This document shows, in pieces, positions 26,618-38,751 of a stretch of 64,000 nt of DNA; within the stretch, counting starts at the first letter, position 1; each line of letters starts with the position of its first letter. This DNA is from Adineta vaga (Eukaryota; Animalia; Rotifera). A program made the position numbers and the translations under genes. The notes under the pieces are model-generated. The model saw only the letters and a program-made list of their open reading frames with translations, searched no databases and was not told the origin of the DNA. The DNA is taken from assembly GCA_021613535.1 (NCBI GenBank), contig CP075492.1:9610001-9674000 (forward strand), read 5' to 3'.

Positions 26618-29443
26618 CAGAACTATCGTTTACTGAAATCGATGCTACAAGAAAAAAAAAGCAAGAGAATGTTATGCTACACTTACGAATCTAAATCAGA
26701 CAAAAATCTGATTTCATTTCTAAGTGAGAATGTGAGATACGATCTAAGTAGGAATAAAACAAAAAATGGTCGTCCGATTTGTTTGCCTTTGAAAGGATCG
26801 AAAAAAAATCCTTTGTTAATACATGATGAAAGTAGAAGAAAAAGGACCTTGTTAGATAAATATTGTTTTGATGAATATAAAGATATCAATGAAGTATATA
26901 TTTTACACGTTTCTATTGAATTTAATTAATAAAATGAAGGATGTCTTTCAACTTACATGGTATCTTCATAAAATATGAACAAAAACGAATGTTTATTCAT
27001 TATGAAAAAAACTTCAATCTACTCTTCTCTCTCTCTCTCTGTAATAAATGATGACATTCTGTTCTTATTCAGAAGAGATTTAACTCTAAAAGCACGAAAG
27101 GTACATATGACATTTTACTTATTCATTATCATATAGAATATAGAATTATTAAATAAACTATATTATCTTTTGACATTCTGATAAAAAAATTTATGAGGTA
27201 TATGATCAATTGAGTTTTATCATGCATTTGACTAATAAAATGTCATCTCACATGCTACGATCTTTTCTTTCATATCAATTAAGAATTCTTTAGCTAGAAA
27301 ATTAATTTAGGGTTAATTAAATAAGGAATATATTTGCATAATAATCAAATTATTCTTCATTCTAGAAAGATGAAATTATTTTGTTTAATACAATACGAAT
27401 AATCTATCGAATATCTGATAAATCAAGTCTGAATAGTGCTAGTTTGTACTTTTTGAATTGTACAAGTTTGATTGTCATCATTGATTATATAACTGTCTGA
27501 TATGTCGATTTATAAAACTCAATATGAACTGAATTGTCAAATCTTACTGTTATCTATAATAGTTCGCTAATGATCAGAACATTTTCTTCATTTGACAGAT
27601 CCTGCTTCTACTTATACATTAGGTGATCTTCTTCTTCTTTTTTAATGATATGTAACTATTTATATTATTGAATTATAGCGAATGTATTATGGATATCTTT
27701 TCTCAAGATCCACTATGAGACATCATAATGCCCTTTTTATTTATACATTCGTTACTCATTATACGATTTACAATGTGTTGATCATCAGTTGCAAATGACA
27801 GAAAATATTTGTATTAGTATTATAAACATATGTCTTCAAATATCTATTGAACTAAAATTTGAAAAGAAATGCTTGCAAACAGTATTGGCAATAGTAATGA
27901 GTAGAAGATTGAAGCAGCAGCAGCTCAAGAATAACTACAAGAGACTCGTTAAAATATGTTCATTTTAGGAAAATAAGTATCATTCACTTGAAAGATATTC
28001 ATCTTATACATAAAACAGAGATAGTGATCTAAATTTCACAATACATTGTACGATAAAGTCATAGCTTCAAAAACGAATCAGAATGGTAGTGATTCATGAG
28101 TGATATAAATTCAGAAATACATTGAAGAGTCAATCTTTTTCTAACATTCTGCATTTCGATATATCTCATAATTTATTCTACAAAAAATGACGTATATTTA
28201 TAATGTTTCTTCTGGAATCGTAATTTTCCATTATACTATCGAAAAAAAGTTATTATTGATAAAATCTATTAGAATATTTTATGGTCGACAGTGTATTAAT
28301 GGATATGTTGAAAGACATGCTGTGTAGCACTGAACTTAGTTATGGTGATGACTGTGAAAAGTAGTCTTTTCCTTCTATCGAAGAAGAATATTCCAAAGCG
28401 ATTAGACACAATAAAATCATCCGAAAAATAAAACGATCTTTGAATAATGTAATACCGCTCTTTGCTATTGGCATCTGTTTTTTTTCCGCTAACGAATAGT
28501 TAGGCACACAAGCGAAATAACGAGGATGTTCGTATGCATATATGATTGTATTCAATTTTATCATATTATACCTCTTCATTGAATATACAGCTGCCTTTTC
28601 AATCAATGGCTCTTAATTTGTTTTGTTCATTGACTTTCAATAGTTTCTTCAGTGATAAAAGTGTTGATGCTTGAGCCGTGAGTGACAATTTCAATGTTGA
28701 TGATACTCAACTCGATGAACATTCTACTTTATGAAAGTAAACGTAATCGTGAAGATGGAAGTAGCGAACATAAACAAAATAGAAACTATGATATAGAGAA
28801 AATGAATTTTCAAGTCATTATACTTCTTTGGAAGACTTTTTCTTTCTTCTATAAAATCACATCTATCTTCAATCAATTAGTTAAGATAAAATCGTTCTGT
28901 AATTTATTTCAAAGAATTATGTCATGACTATTGTTTGTTCTTAAACATTAGACATGCGAAATTAGAAGAAAAAAAAAGAACACACACATTAAAGAATAGA
29001 TAAAGGCACAATGATACACACACAAACATAAATAGGAGTCAAATCACTTTTAGATTATAATTCTTCATAAAAACACAAAGAAAGAGAAAGAAAGTGATGG
29101 TAAATAATAAATGAGAACTATGAGAAGAAAGAAACAATAATTCAATCCTGAGTTCACTTTTACACCTAAAAAGTTTTTATTTTTGTTTTCAAGTGTTCTC
29201 TCATCTGTTTACTAAAATTATTTCATACTAAAATAAGGAAAAAGAGACGAACAGATGAAAGGCTTGTTTCTCCTAAATAATACTTTATCGTTTTTTTTGT
29301 TTTGATCGAACATATAGAAAAATCTCAATAATGCTTTCCTTTCCTTGTGTGTACAGAATCACAGATGCGCCATGTAATGAAGATAAAAATAAAAAGAATA
29401 AAAGTCATCTACGAATGTTTTTCACTAATTGAAATTTCTTGTC

Positions 29444-32400
29444 TTAAATTTGCCATTTTATATGTCCATAAGCTTGAAGACCAGATAATGTCAAATAACC
29501 AATCCATAGAAGAACAAAAAAGATCGAACAAAGATATTTGGGTATTGTTGGACCACCTGAAAAGAAAATATCAGGAGAAATATAATTTGACTATCATCTA
29601 TATTCTTCATACCTAATTCAGCTTTGCCAAAAACACCTAAATAACGACGAAGAATAAGGACAGTCATACCAAGTATACAACAAACAGAAAAGACAAGTAC
29701 GCTAAACGATAAATCGCCTGCTTTGACCGTAAATGGAAGATTCTAAAAAGCAAAAACAAATATATATATATACATAGAAGATTCTGCATGTTTTCATACC
29801 TTCGATTCCCAATAGATAGCAGCTACAAGCCAAGGAAGTCCTAAACCAAGAAATACATTGACACTATTCGATCCTGTAACATTTCCAATAGCATCATCAG
29901 CTGTTTTTGAATTTTTAGCTGCAATCATCGATGCAAATGTATCAGGTAATGATGTACCAAGAGCAACGAATGAAATAGCTGTTATACTATCTTTCAATCC
30001 AACAAGACAACCAAAAATAGCTGCAACATCTCCAACAATTGCCGTTAAGATAGCAATGAATAAAAGTGAAACAAAAAATGTTAACCAACCACCTGCAATT
30101 GATGTTGGAGGTACAAAAGCAAAAAGAATTTTCCAAAAAAATGCAAGTGTATGACCAACATAGTGACCAAATTTAGCTGTTTCTAAATCACCACCATTCA
30201 CATTCATAGCATCATGAAATTGTTGTCCCCAAGATGTTTTTGTCACACTTAATTTATCAATATCAACTTGAACAAGTGAAGCCATTTTATTTGCCATTGT
30301 TTTATAATCTATTTGAATATAAGAATTCAAATCAAATTTTAAATATTCAATATTTATGATATACCATCATCATTAATAATTGTAACAACTGTTTTAGGAT
30401 GTTTGCCTATTTGAGCACCACCAGTTGGATCATACAATTCTACTGCAAAACTTTCGTCTTTTTCTGCTTCAAGATCATCCATTATTGGTATAGCTATTAT
30501 TTTAGATATTTCACCATGCTCAAATACTAATTCATTATCAGCAGCTAGAATAAAATAAACAAATAGATAACGATGTAAAATTATCAATAGTAATCTATAT
30601 CTTCATCAATTCATCATGCCCGTCACGTGGAAAATAAACGAATTCGTCTATTTTATATTCACTCCACTGCTATCAACTGTCTACAATCTATGTTATGAAT
30701 ATCACATGAAACTTATGCTTAATCTTATTTGTTCTTCTATCAAAAAATAATTCACTTACGTTCATAATCTCTTGTTCCCACTGCATCAATATCTTTAGTT
30801 CGATATCGTACAGAAACTTTACCATCGGCACCATTAATACGTACAACCTTAATTTCAGCTTTACCGACACTTTCTTTCACGAGATTAATTGTTTCTTCGA
30901 ATTCAATAAAGCCCGGTTCTGAAAATAACGGAAGGATGAATAATTTCTTTTGATAAAATCATTTCCTACCATCATCATTAATAATTGTTACCAATGCAAC
31001 TGTTTTCGAACCTAATTTAGCATGCGCTTCTTCGCCTTCCGGTAAAGATAATTTCACAAAAAATGTTTCATCCGGCTCCCATTGATTATCATCGATAACG
31101 TGAATAGTTATTTTTTTCTCTTGTTGTCCACGTTCCATTTTAAATTCTTCCGCTAATTTCACATAATCTTCACCAGCTGTTGCTGTACCATCAATTGTGT
31201 CAAGTCTGTATAGAAGTGGAAAATACTTTTATACAAAAAGAAAAATTTCAATCAAATTCTATTAAACATGCAGTTTGATAATTTTGATGAAGTGAAATAG
31301 TGAAATAATTCATTCAAATACTGTGCAAAGAAAGATCTATGATTAAGCAAGTGTCAAAACATGCAATATGTGTTTTACTAAATGCATATGTTTTTAATCC
31401 TGTTGATTTTTTTTCACATTCAACACAGAGGGTTTCAAATTCGATAAAAGAAAACATTCAAAGACAAAACGGGAAAAGACACGAAACATCGATGGGACGT
31501 ACCGAAATGATATAGTAGAATTAGTAGAACCGTATCTGACGACTTCGACAGTTACTCGCTGCTCACGTTCCAGTACAGCATAACTCGATGAAGCAAACTC
31601 AAGAACTGCCACCTGTGGATCATCACCGAAATCTAGTTTCGATAGTGTTCCTTTTCGACCACCTAATTGTTCAATTGGTAGATTTCCATCCGATGGCTGA
31701 GGTTTGACAGCTCGTTGATAAATCTAAATGAATTAAGCTAAGCTTCTTTGTCTCTAACTAGCAGATAAACTATGATCAAATCTGTGATGATCAGGAAGAA
31801 GAAGAAGAAGTAGTAGTAGTAGTAATTGTAGAGAAAAATTTGCAGTGAAAGAAGTAATCTACGTATCTATGTATAAATATATATATATATATATATATGC
31901 AGTTTAATATATGTTGTGTCGTATTGTATCATAGCATAGACATGCATGAATGTATGTATCTATGAGCAAGCTACTTCAAAACACCTGAATCGAACATCAA
32001 CATTAACAGGACCATATCTTTTGACAATAATCACACACATTTGTTCACGTTCAAGCACAGCATATTGAGCAGCATTTAGTTCAATACGTGGTAAATGACT
32101 TGTTTCTGATAATGTTTCATCTATATCATCTTGCCAATCTGTTGGATTATGTTTGAGTAATCGTTCATGTATCTGTATTGTATTAATATAGATTTATGAA
32201 GAAGAAGAATTTCAATGAAATAAAGTAAACATTCGAAGGAAGAAAAAAAAAGGAAGAAGAGAAGGTTTTCCTTTACTATTTCTATTTACAAACCTCTTGA
32301 AGTTTGTCGGGAAGATTGACAAACAAAGATTTGCCACCGGTAAGCATACGTGCTCCTTGAATTCGATATTGCATACGTGATCGATGCATACTTTCACTTA

Positions 32401-33981
32401 ATTTTGCTGCAAATAATTGTGCTTTATCTTCTAATGATAAATTCGATGATTGACCAAGATCCTAATTAAATCCAAACGAAGAAGGAAAAAACTCTATTTG
32501 ATTTCATAAAAGATTAATGAGCATACACGTAAAAATTGCAGCAATTCATCTTTGCGAAAAGTTCGTACAGCACCAGTGGAATCGAGTTCAGGCGGAGCTG
32601 AAATATATGAATAGAATAAAACATATAATCAGTCTTAATTAAATATTGACGGAAAAAGACTTACTTAATATGAGTGTTTGTTCCTCTTCTTCCATGTCGA
32701 TTTTGCTTGAAGCATAAAAATTCTTTTCGGCCTGATAGTACATAAAAAAGAAAAAGAAAACTTGCTCATGTCTTCATTCTTTTTTTTTTCATTTTTTTTA
32801 TATGTATTCATTTACAAGAAATGCTAAGATGACAACCAATGGAAACATAAGAAATGTAATAACAGCTTCCCAAAGATCGACAACGTCTTTTGATACAACT
32901 GATAGAACGATGAACATCCATATATAAGCGAAGAAACCAAAAAATGATGTGATCTAAGAAAAGAAGATTTTCATCATTTGATATCTTAGAAGAAGAGAAA
33001 TATTTACCATAAAAACACTATATAATTTGATTCTTCTTGTTTCAGGCGCTTTTATTGCTGAAATGCATAGAGCACAAATCATAAGGAGATTGTAAGCAGC
33101 AGAACCAACAACTGAAATAGAATAATAACAATATTATTATTTATCTGTCAAATAAAAAAACAATTTAATAGATTCTTTTCAATACCCATATGATTGTTTA
33201 TAACAAAAAAAAAGCTTTGATAATCAGAAATAATTAATTATTACAATACAACAATTTCATTTAACCTTTTCATAAGATGTTTCAATAATAACAACAACAA
33301 AGCAAATAATTTCTATATAAAGGTTTTCTATCTCAATACGTAATCAAGAATAAACGAATTTCAAAAGGCTGAATTATAATATCATGACCTTAAGGACTAT
33401 TTCTCTATCCAAATAGTCTATCTATATATACGTATTTTAATGACATTTTTTCATTTGTAACAGAATTGATCCTATTAGTTGATAGTAAAAGAGGGGAAGA
33501 AAACAAGCGATATTATTTCTTACTTGTTCCAGGTCCAAGTTCTCCAGCTTCAAAACGATTGCCGACAATTTCAATAATTGATAGGAGAATTTCTGGTGAA
33601 CTCGAACCAAGTGCCATTAAAGTTAGATTAGCAACAGTATCGTTCCATAAACGAACTTCGACAGTTAAATATTTATCTTTTTGTGTTGGATCAGGATATT
33701 GAATTTTTCTTCTTCTTGATGTTATTGTTTCAATAGATGACATAAATATATCAGCAATAATCGCAATACCAAGAAAAAGATAGAGGAGAAATATGAAATA
33801 AAGTACTGCTCGTAATTGTATTGACATACATGCTTCAATACCTATGAAATTACAAGACGACAAGTTTTAATTAATATAGCATTTAAACTAATTATTTACC
33901 AAATGGTAAAATAAGACCACGAGCAGAGCATTTGAATTTTTGACAACTCCAGGTAGTATAATTAGCCAATTCAGTGGACAT
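29444..33981 (-). CDS. NCX: Sodium/calcium exchanger (SLC8/NCX/Calx), multi-exon
   Basis: Alpha-1 repeat WNDTVANLTLMALGSSSPEILLS; two Calx-beta domains (IDDNQWEPDETF, IINDDEPG; IMDDLEAEKDESF, IINDD); alpha-2 repeat FVALGTSLPDTFAS and NVTGSNSVNVFLGLG. ATG at 33981; stop TAA at 29446-29444. Confidence 0.96.
31503..31723 (-). other. NCX alternative exon B (221 nt; N-terminal half of CBD1)
   Basis: AG/GT bounded, phase 0 in and phase 2 out. Encodes IYQRAVKPQPSDGNLPIEQLGGRKGTLSKLDFGDDPQVAVLEFASSSYAVLEREQRVTVEVVRYGSTNSTISFR. Confidence 0.85.
31877..31898. repeat. (TA)n microsatellite between the NCX alternative exons
   Basis: Direct reading; preceded by (GAA)n(GTA)n tracts at ~31796-31823. Confidence 0.85.
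31985..32172 (-). other. NCX alternative exon A (188 nt; N-terminal half of CBD1)
   Basis: AG/GT bounded, phase 0 in and phase 2 out. Encodes IHERLLKHNPTDWQDDIDETLSETSHLPRIELNAAQYAVLEREQMCVIIVKRYGPVNVDVRFR. Confidence 0.85.
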
Positions 33982-34566
33982 TTTTCTTTTTGTTTGCGTG
34001 CAATGTTCACATGTCAGTTAAATGAAGAAAACGCACTAAAACCACGCCAAGCTCGTGCCAGGTCGTTTTTTCTCTTCTTTTTTTTCCTTCTATAATCTTT
34101 TCTTTTGTCAAAATCTATAGACACTCTCAAATAGAAAAAAAAACGGAATAAAATCAACATATTCTTTTTCTCTCATGTTCTACTCTTTCCTTCAAATCAA
34201 AGATGATTACAGAAAACAAATTCCTAGCTAATTAAAATAACTTTCATGTTGAAAATCTATTAACCACTAACAACATCCTTCTCTTTTTTTCTCTATATTT
34301 TTCTTCTAATTTATCCTTCGTTTTTCTTTACAAAATTAATGAAAGGTAGACGACTACTCTTACAAAAGCGATCGTATAGAACGTCTAATGATTCAAAGAG
34401 ACAAGCTGACAGACATTAAAGAAGAGAAAAAAAACAAGTCTGTTTCGTTGACGTTAGCTGTTAAATTTCACATCTTTTTTGCTCTTCATCACTATATGTC
34501 GCTGTCGATAACAACAGCTCTTCATTTTTTTCTTTTTTTTTCTTCCTTTTTTTTCCCTAGGAATAT

Positions 34567-34586
34567 TGTGTGTGTGTGTGTGTGTG
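34567..34586. repeat. (TG)10 microsatellite
   Basis: Direct reading. Confidence 0.9.
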
Positions 34587-36667
34587 CATTTCTATGCCTT
34601 ATAGAGGTGTGCGTGTGCTAATCTTGAAAGCGATATTAGAAAACGAGATTCACCGGCAAACGGAAGATTCATTAAATGAGATTTCATTGTATTAGCTGCA
34701 ATGATTGAAAATGAAATATATATATAGTAGAAGATTATCATCAAATTTTGTTGAATAAAGAAAAAAAAAGATTTGTTTTATCTATATTAAAAATCAATTA
34801 TCCAGAGTAAATATCACGTTGTGAAAATACATACGTGATTGATTCCAGAATCGTGACGTCAAGGTATTCTATATTTTCTCATGAGAAATATCTGGCAATT
34901 TTTTAGTTGTTTCCTATTGTGTAAATATACAGATAGTAACAAATGACGAATATGTAACTAGTGTTATTTTACATTTCAACATAAATAAAGTAGCAAGATA
35001 AGAATAAGTTTGCTACTAGTAATATCTGAATAATGATAATAACACTAATAATACTCTACCGGAAGACTAAGAATGTATAATACGAAGTCAGATCAGATAA
35101 TTAACTAATTGGAAAACCTGTGAAATGGAAAAAGAACGAAAGAATCATCGAACGATCTAACATGTTCCAATTTGGAATAAAGCAAGTTAACTATTAAACA
35201 GCAAAAGACTGCTAGTGGCTGCATGCGCGAGGAGTGAATAATCAGGCATGAATTATAGATGAAACGAGCATATAGGCTAAAATAGCTTTCTCTCTCCCTT
35301 CTCTTTCTCGATAGCGAAGACACTTCGACAATGTCGAATAACACATGTGCAATGCGTCTCTTTCACCCTCTGTCTCTCTGTCTCTCCCTCTCTCTGTCGT
35401 CTATTTGCTTTCTGTACGCAATGAAAACATGAAGTACCGCAAAACCATGATGAAACAATGGGGAACAGAAGACGAGAACGTAGAAGAAGAGAAATGTGTA
35501 CTTCTCTGCCTGTCATCATACAGCAACAGCGGGAGAATTGGCATTAGTAGAGAAGCAACTGCTCTCCTACTAGTGATGTGTATTTCTATGCGTATAAATC
35601 GTTTTTTTAAATACTCTTCGTATATATTACAGGCAAGAAAAGGCGAGAAGAAAAGAAAAACATAAGTGATGTTTTTTCGTTAGCATACTCAAATTCGATC
35701 CGCATCGCTGAGTGGCCTTAGTAACTACTAAAAAAACATTTGAATACAATAGGCAACGATATTTTTTCTTTTTTTTCCTTCTTTAGCTATATACATTTAC
35801 TTAGATGAAAATCTCAATAGACTAAATCCTGATAGGCATCGGCATTCTAATTTTTATGTAGTCAATGAAGCAAAATACTCGAAAAGAAAAATTTTGCATG
35901 TGCAAAGTAATCGATTCGGTGATGATACTTGCATTTTGAGTCGCGATGCGTTTGTCCTATAAAAGAGGAAAGTATCGAAGAAGAAAAAGAAGAAGAAGAA
36001 GAAAAAAAAAGAAAGAAAGCAATTGCTCTTTTTTTTCTCGTTGTTAAAACATAAATATGTAACTGAATTTTTTCATATTTAATATGGTCTTAGAATAGAA
36101 GTCCCATCGATTGTATATTCCATTAACATCCAATGTGTCTTCTTTCAGTATGTGTTAATATAAAAAAAACACTCGAGAAGTATACCGCTGAAGACGTTCT
36201 TCGCCCGAATAAGCAAAACACCACAGTAGCAACGGTGCAGAACAACCGGCCAATAAAGGGGAAAAAAAGAGTAAATGAATAAAAATGTTTTTCTTCTCCT
36301 TCTTCTTCTTCTTCTCCCTGTCTTTTTTTCTTTCTATTGATGAAAAAAAGTCGCTTGCTGAATGTCCTGCATACGACATGATTTTAAATAAAAGGTGGGT
36401 GTATGCATTACACGAATGTGAAAGAAGGAGAGGGGGACGAAGCGAAAATCGAGAATGCGACAGAACTGTACCTGATGTGTCAAAATAGGTGGACGAAATT
36501 GCCTCTACTCCTACATTACGTTTATTGATTTGAGCATATTCATTCGTTCTTTTGCTTGACTCTATGTACAGAAAGAGACGACACGAACAAGAAAAATTCT
36601 ACCCTTTAGCCTCTATTGCATACAACTATATACGGTCGAGAACATCTTGTACATGTTTTCGTTGCAT

Positions 36668-37186
36668 ATGATAACATTCGTGACATTTTGTCTTATTTAT
36701 TTACATATTAGTAAATGTGAGAATAAAAAACTTGTACCATGTTTTTCGAAAAATGTTCGGATTGAAATACATCAATTTGATCAACGTATTTTATTAAAAT
36801 ATCTTAATTGTACTCGATTATTGAAAAAACATGTTTTTACAATCATGTTTGAATTACAACGACAATTTACAAGGAGTGAACAAATGTTAGAATCAAATAT
36901 GGTTGTTACTCTTTTTGCTAGTCCTTGTTCATCAAGTGCAGCAACACTAAGTAATGGTCGAACATTTCCATCAACTCATGGATCATTAGATGGCAGTGAT
37001 CCATCTCCAATTGCTTCAAGTCATTTACCTTGGAATGGACAATCACAATATGGAACAATATCGTATGAATATGGCGGTGGAGGAGGTGATCATGCTCAAT
37101 TGATATCAACATTGATTCATGTCGTTATTCGTCACGGTAGAGAAGATATGATAAAAGGCATATATGTTATAAAATTTCATAGTTAG
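36668..37186 (+). CDS. Intronless hypothetical protein with probable signal peptide (~172 aa)
   Basis: An uninterrupted ORF of this length is unlikely by chance in AT-rich DNA. Hydrophobic N-terminus MITFVTFCLIYLHISKC; AATAAA downstream at ~37421. No family recognised. An alternative in-frame ATG is at 36653. Confidence 0.55.
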   Translation: MITFVTFCLIYLHISKCENKKLVPCFSKNVRIEIHQFDQRILLKYLNCTRLLKKHVFTIMFELQRQFTRSEQMLESNMVVTLFASPCSSSAATLSNGRTFPSTHGSLDGSDPSPIASSHLPWNGQSQYGTISYEYGGGGGDHAQLISTLIHVVIRHGREDMIKGIYVIKFHS

Positions 37187-37695
37187 CTGAGAAGAGAATG
37201 CATATACTACTATTTCGAATGAGTACTTGACGTATCAAGTGACGCTTGATAAAAAAAAACTGCATTTCCTGAAGGACATCATTTCCGTTTCGATGATTTA
37301 TTGAATGTATGAATGAATGTGACTGATTTCTATTAGATTGTTCATTTTCTGTTATTGAATGAGTATCATTAGTTATTTACAAAAATGTATATGTGTTTTG
37401 TTTTTGTATACATATATTTGAATAAAGAAAAAACTTAAAGTTAATTTTTTTTTCTATTTGAAATCTATAATTCGTCGTTAATTGAAATACACAGTACAGG
37501 TAAAATGATTTATTCGAGCAAATATTTACCTGTAAAATGATATAACGTGATTCTATTCAGTAGTTTCGTGGCGTGAAAGAATGAGAATAACGAAAAACTA
37601 ATACATGTCTTAAAAGATTAGTAAAATTGAAATATAGTATAAGAAATAAATAGGAATATTTTCACAGTAATTTTCATTCAGCATTCATTTTAATC

Positions 37696-38751
37696 ATGGG
37701 ACGGGTTATATTTCTATTCCTTACTGTTGTTTTTACTTCATCAACTTTTAATGCCTTTCTTTTTGACAAAGAAGGCCTATTTCTTGTTCCATCAGTTGCC
37801 TTTCGAGATCGCTCTTCCTCATCTCAATGGACTTTATATAATCAAGGATGGTATTACGAAGAAAATCCTGTTAAAGCTTTATTGATGGAAAAATCTCTTG
37901 AAATCATTGTTCGAAAAGATTTAGATAGAAATCGAGTGAAAATGTTTACTGCTGAAGGTAAGGAAAAGAAAAATCTTTGTATTGATGGTCTTACACGATC
38001 AATGTGTACGACAACTGATAATGAAGGTCGTATTAAAAATCCATTTACAATGACAAATCAAGAAATCGATCTACTTCGTCAACCAGGTGGTAATGGTGGT
38101 AAAATTGTTTTTCAAGCATCAGTTCCAAAGAAAAGTATCAAAACAACCGGTGAAGTTTATCTCTGTGATGATAATGGTATAACTTTTATCAGTGATATTG
38201 ATGATACAATTAAAATCACTGAAGTAACATCATCAACTCAAACATTGATAAATACATTTAGTGGTAGTTTTAAAGCTGTTCCCGGAATGGCAGAAATCTA
38301 TCGACATTGGGCAAATCAATACAATGCAACATTCGCATATTTAACAGCATCACCCGATCAATTATATCCATTTTTACGTGAATTTTTTGATCGAGAACAA
38401 TTTCCATCAGGTTCAGCTCATATGAGACATTTTACATGGTTTGATGTGAATTTTATCTCATTTTTCATGTCAGCAAATTATATTAAGAAGAAAACTGAAA
38501 CATTAGAAATGTTTTTACAAAATACAAACAATCGTCAATTTGTTTTACTTGGTGATATCTTTCAAAAAGATTCCGATATTTATGCAAGTATCTATGCACA
38601 ATATCCAAATCGAATTGCAAAAATTTTCATTCGAAAATATGCTCATGATACTGATGGACAACAAAGATTAGAAACAGTATTCAAAGATATTCCACGTGAG
38701 AAATGGGCAACATTCGAAACAGGTGCTGATCTTCCACGAAGTATATTTTAA
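37696..38751 (+). CDS. App1-family (DUF2183) phosphatidate phosphatase-like HAD protein, intronless CDS, signal peptide
   Basis: FISDIDDTIKIT (DxDxT), AVPGMAEIY..W, FAYLTASPDQLYPFL..F..FPSG..HMR, FVLLGD..QKDSDIY..YPNRIAKIFIR: the App1 catalytic-domain motif order. AATAAA lies immediately after the stop. Confidence 0.85.
   Translation: MGRVIFLFLTVVFTSSTFNAFLFDKEGLFLVPSVAFRDRSSSSQWTLYNQGWYYEENPVKALLMEKSLEIIVRKDLDRNRVKMFTAEGKEKKNLCIDGLTRSMCTTTDNEGRIKNPFTMTNQEIDLLRQPGGNGGKIVFQASVPKKSIKTTGEVYLCDDNGITFISDIDDTIKITEVTSSTQTLINTFSGSFKAVPGMAEIYRHWANQYNATFAYLTASPDQLYPFLREFFDREQFPSGSAHMRHFTWFDVNFISFFMSANYIKKKTETLEMFLQNTNNRQFVLLGDIFQKDSDIYASIYAQYPNRIAKIFIRKYAHDTDGQQRLETVFKDIPREKWATFETGADLPRSIF

Noticed and set aside
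27540-28760. Coding-looking fragments between innexin and NCX (e.g. ORF 28340-28606, NSIGNSNE*KIEAAAAQE*)
   Set aside because: Possibly a decayed gene or transposase, but no family motif, terminal repeats or consistent exon chain could be supported.
29858-30154. Plus-strand ORF antisense to NCX, and similar antisense ORFs over RyR, ADSS and NPL4
   Set aside because: Shadow ORFs on the opposite strand of well-supported exons.
30547-30760. Longer-than-usual NCX intron within CBD2 as a site for a cassette exon
   Set aside because: Candidate AG..GT segments contain stops or are out of phase; the flanking exons join correctly without them.
1-33981. RyR, claudin-like, innexin and NCX as an excitability or Ca2+ gene cluster
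   Set aside because: They are interspersed with unrelated housekeeping genes, and there is no evidence of co-regulation from sequence alone.
34000-36600. Several 60-106 aa ORFs upstream of NCX
   Set aside because: They derive from microsatellite and poly-purine/pyrimidine tracts; most likely promoter or UTR sequence.
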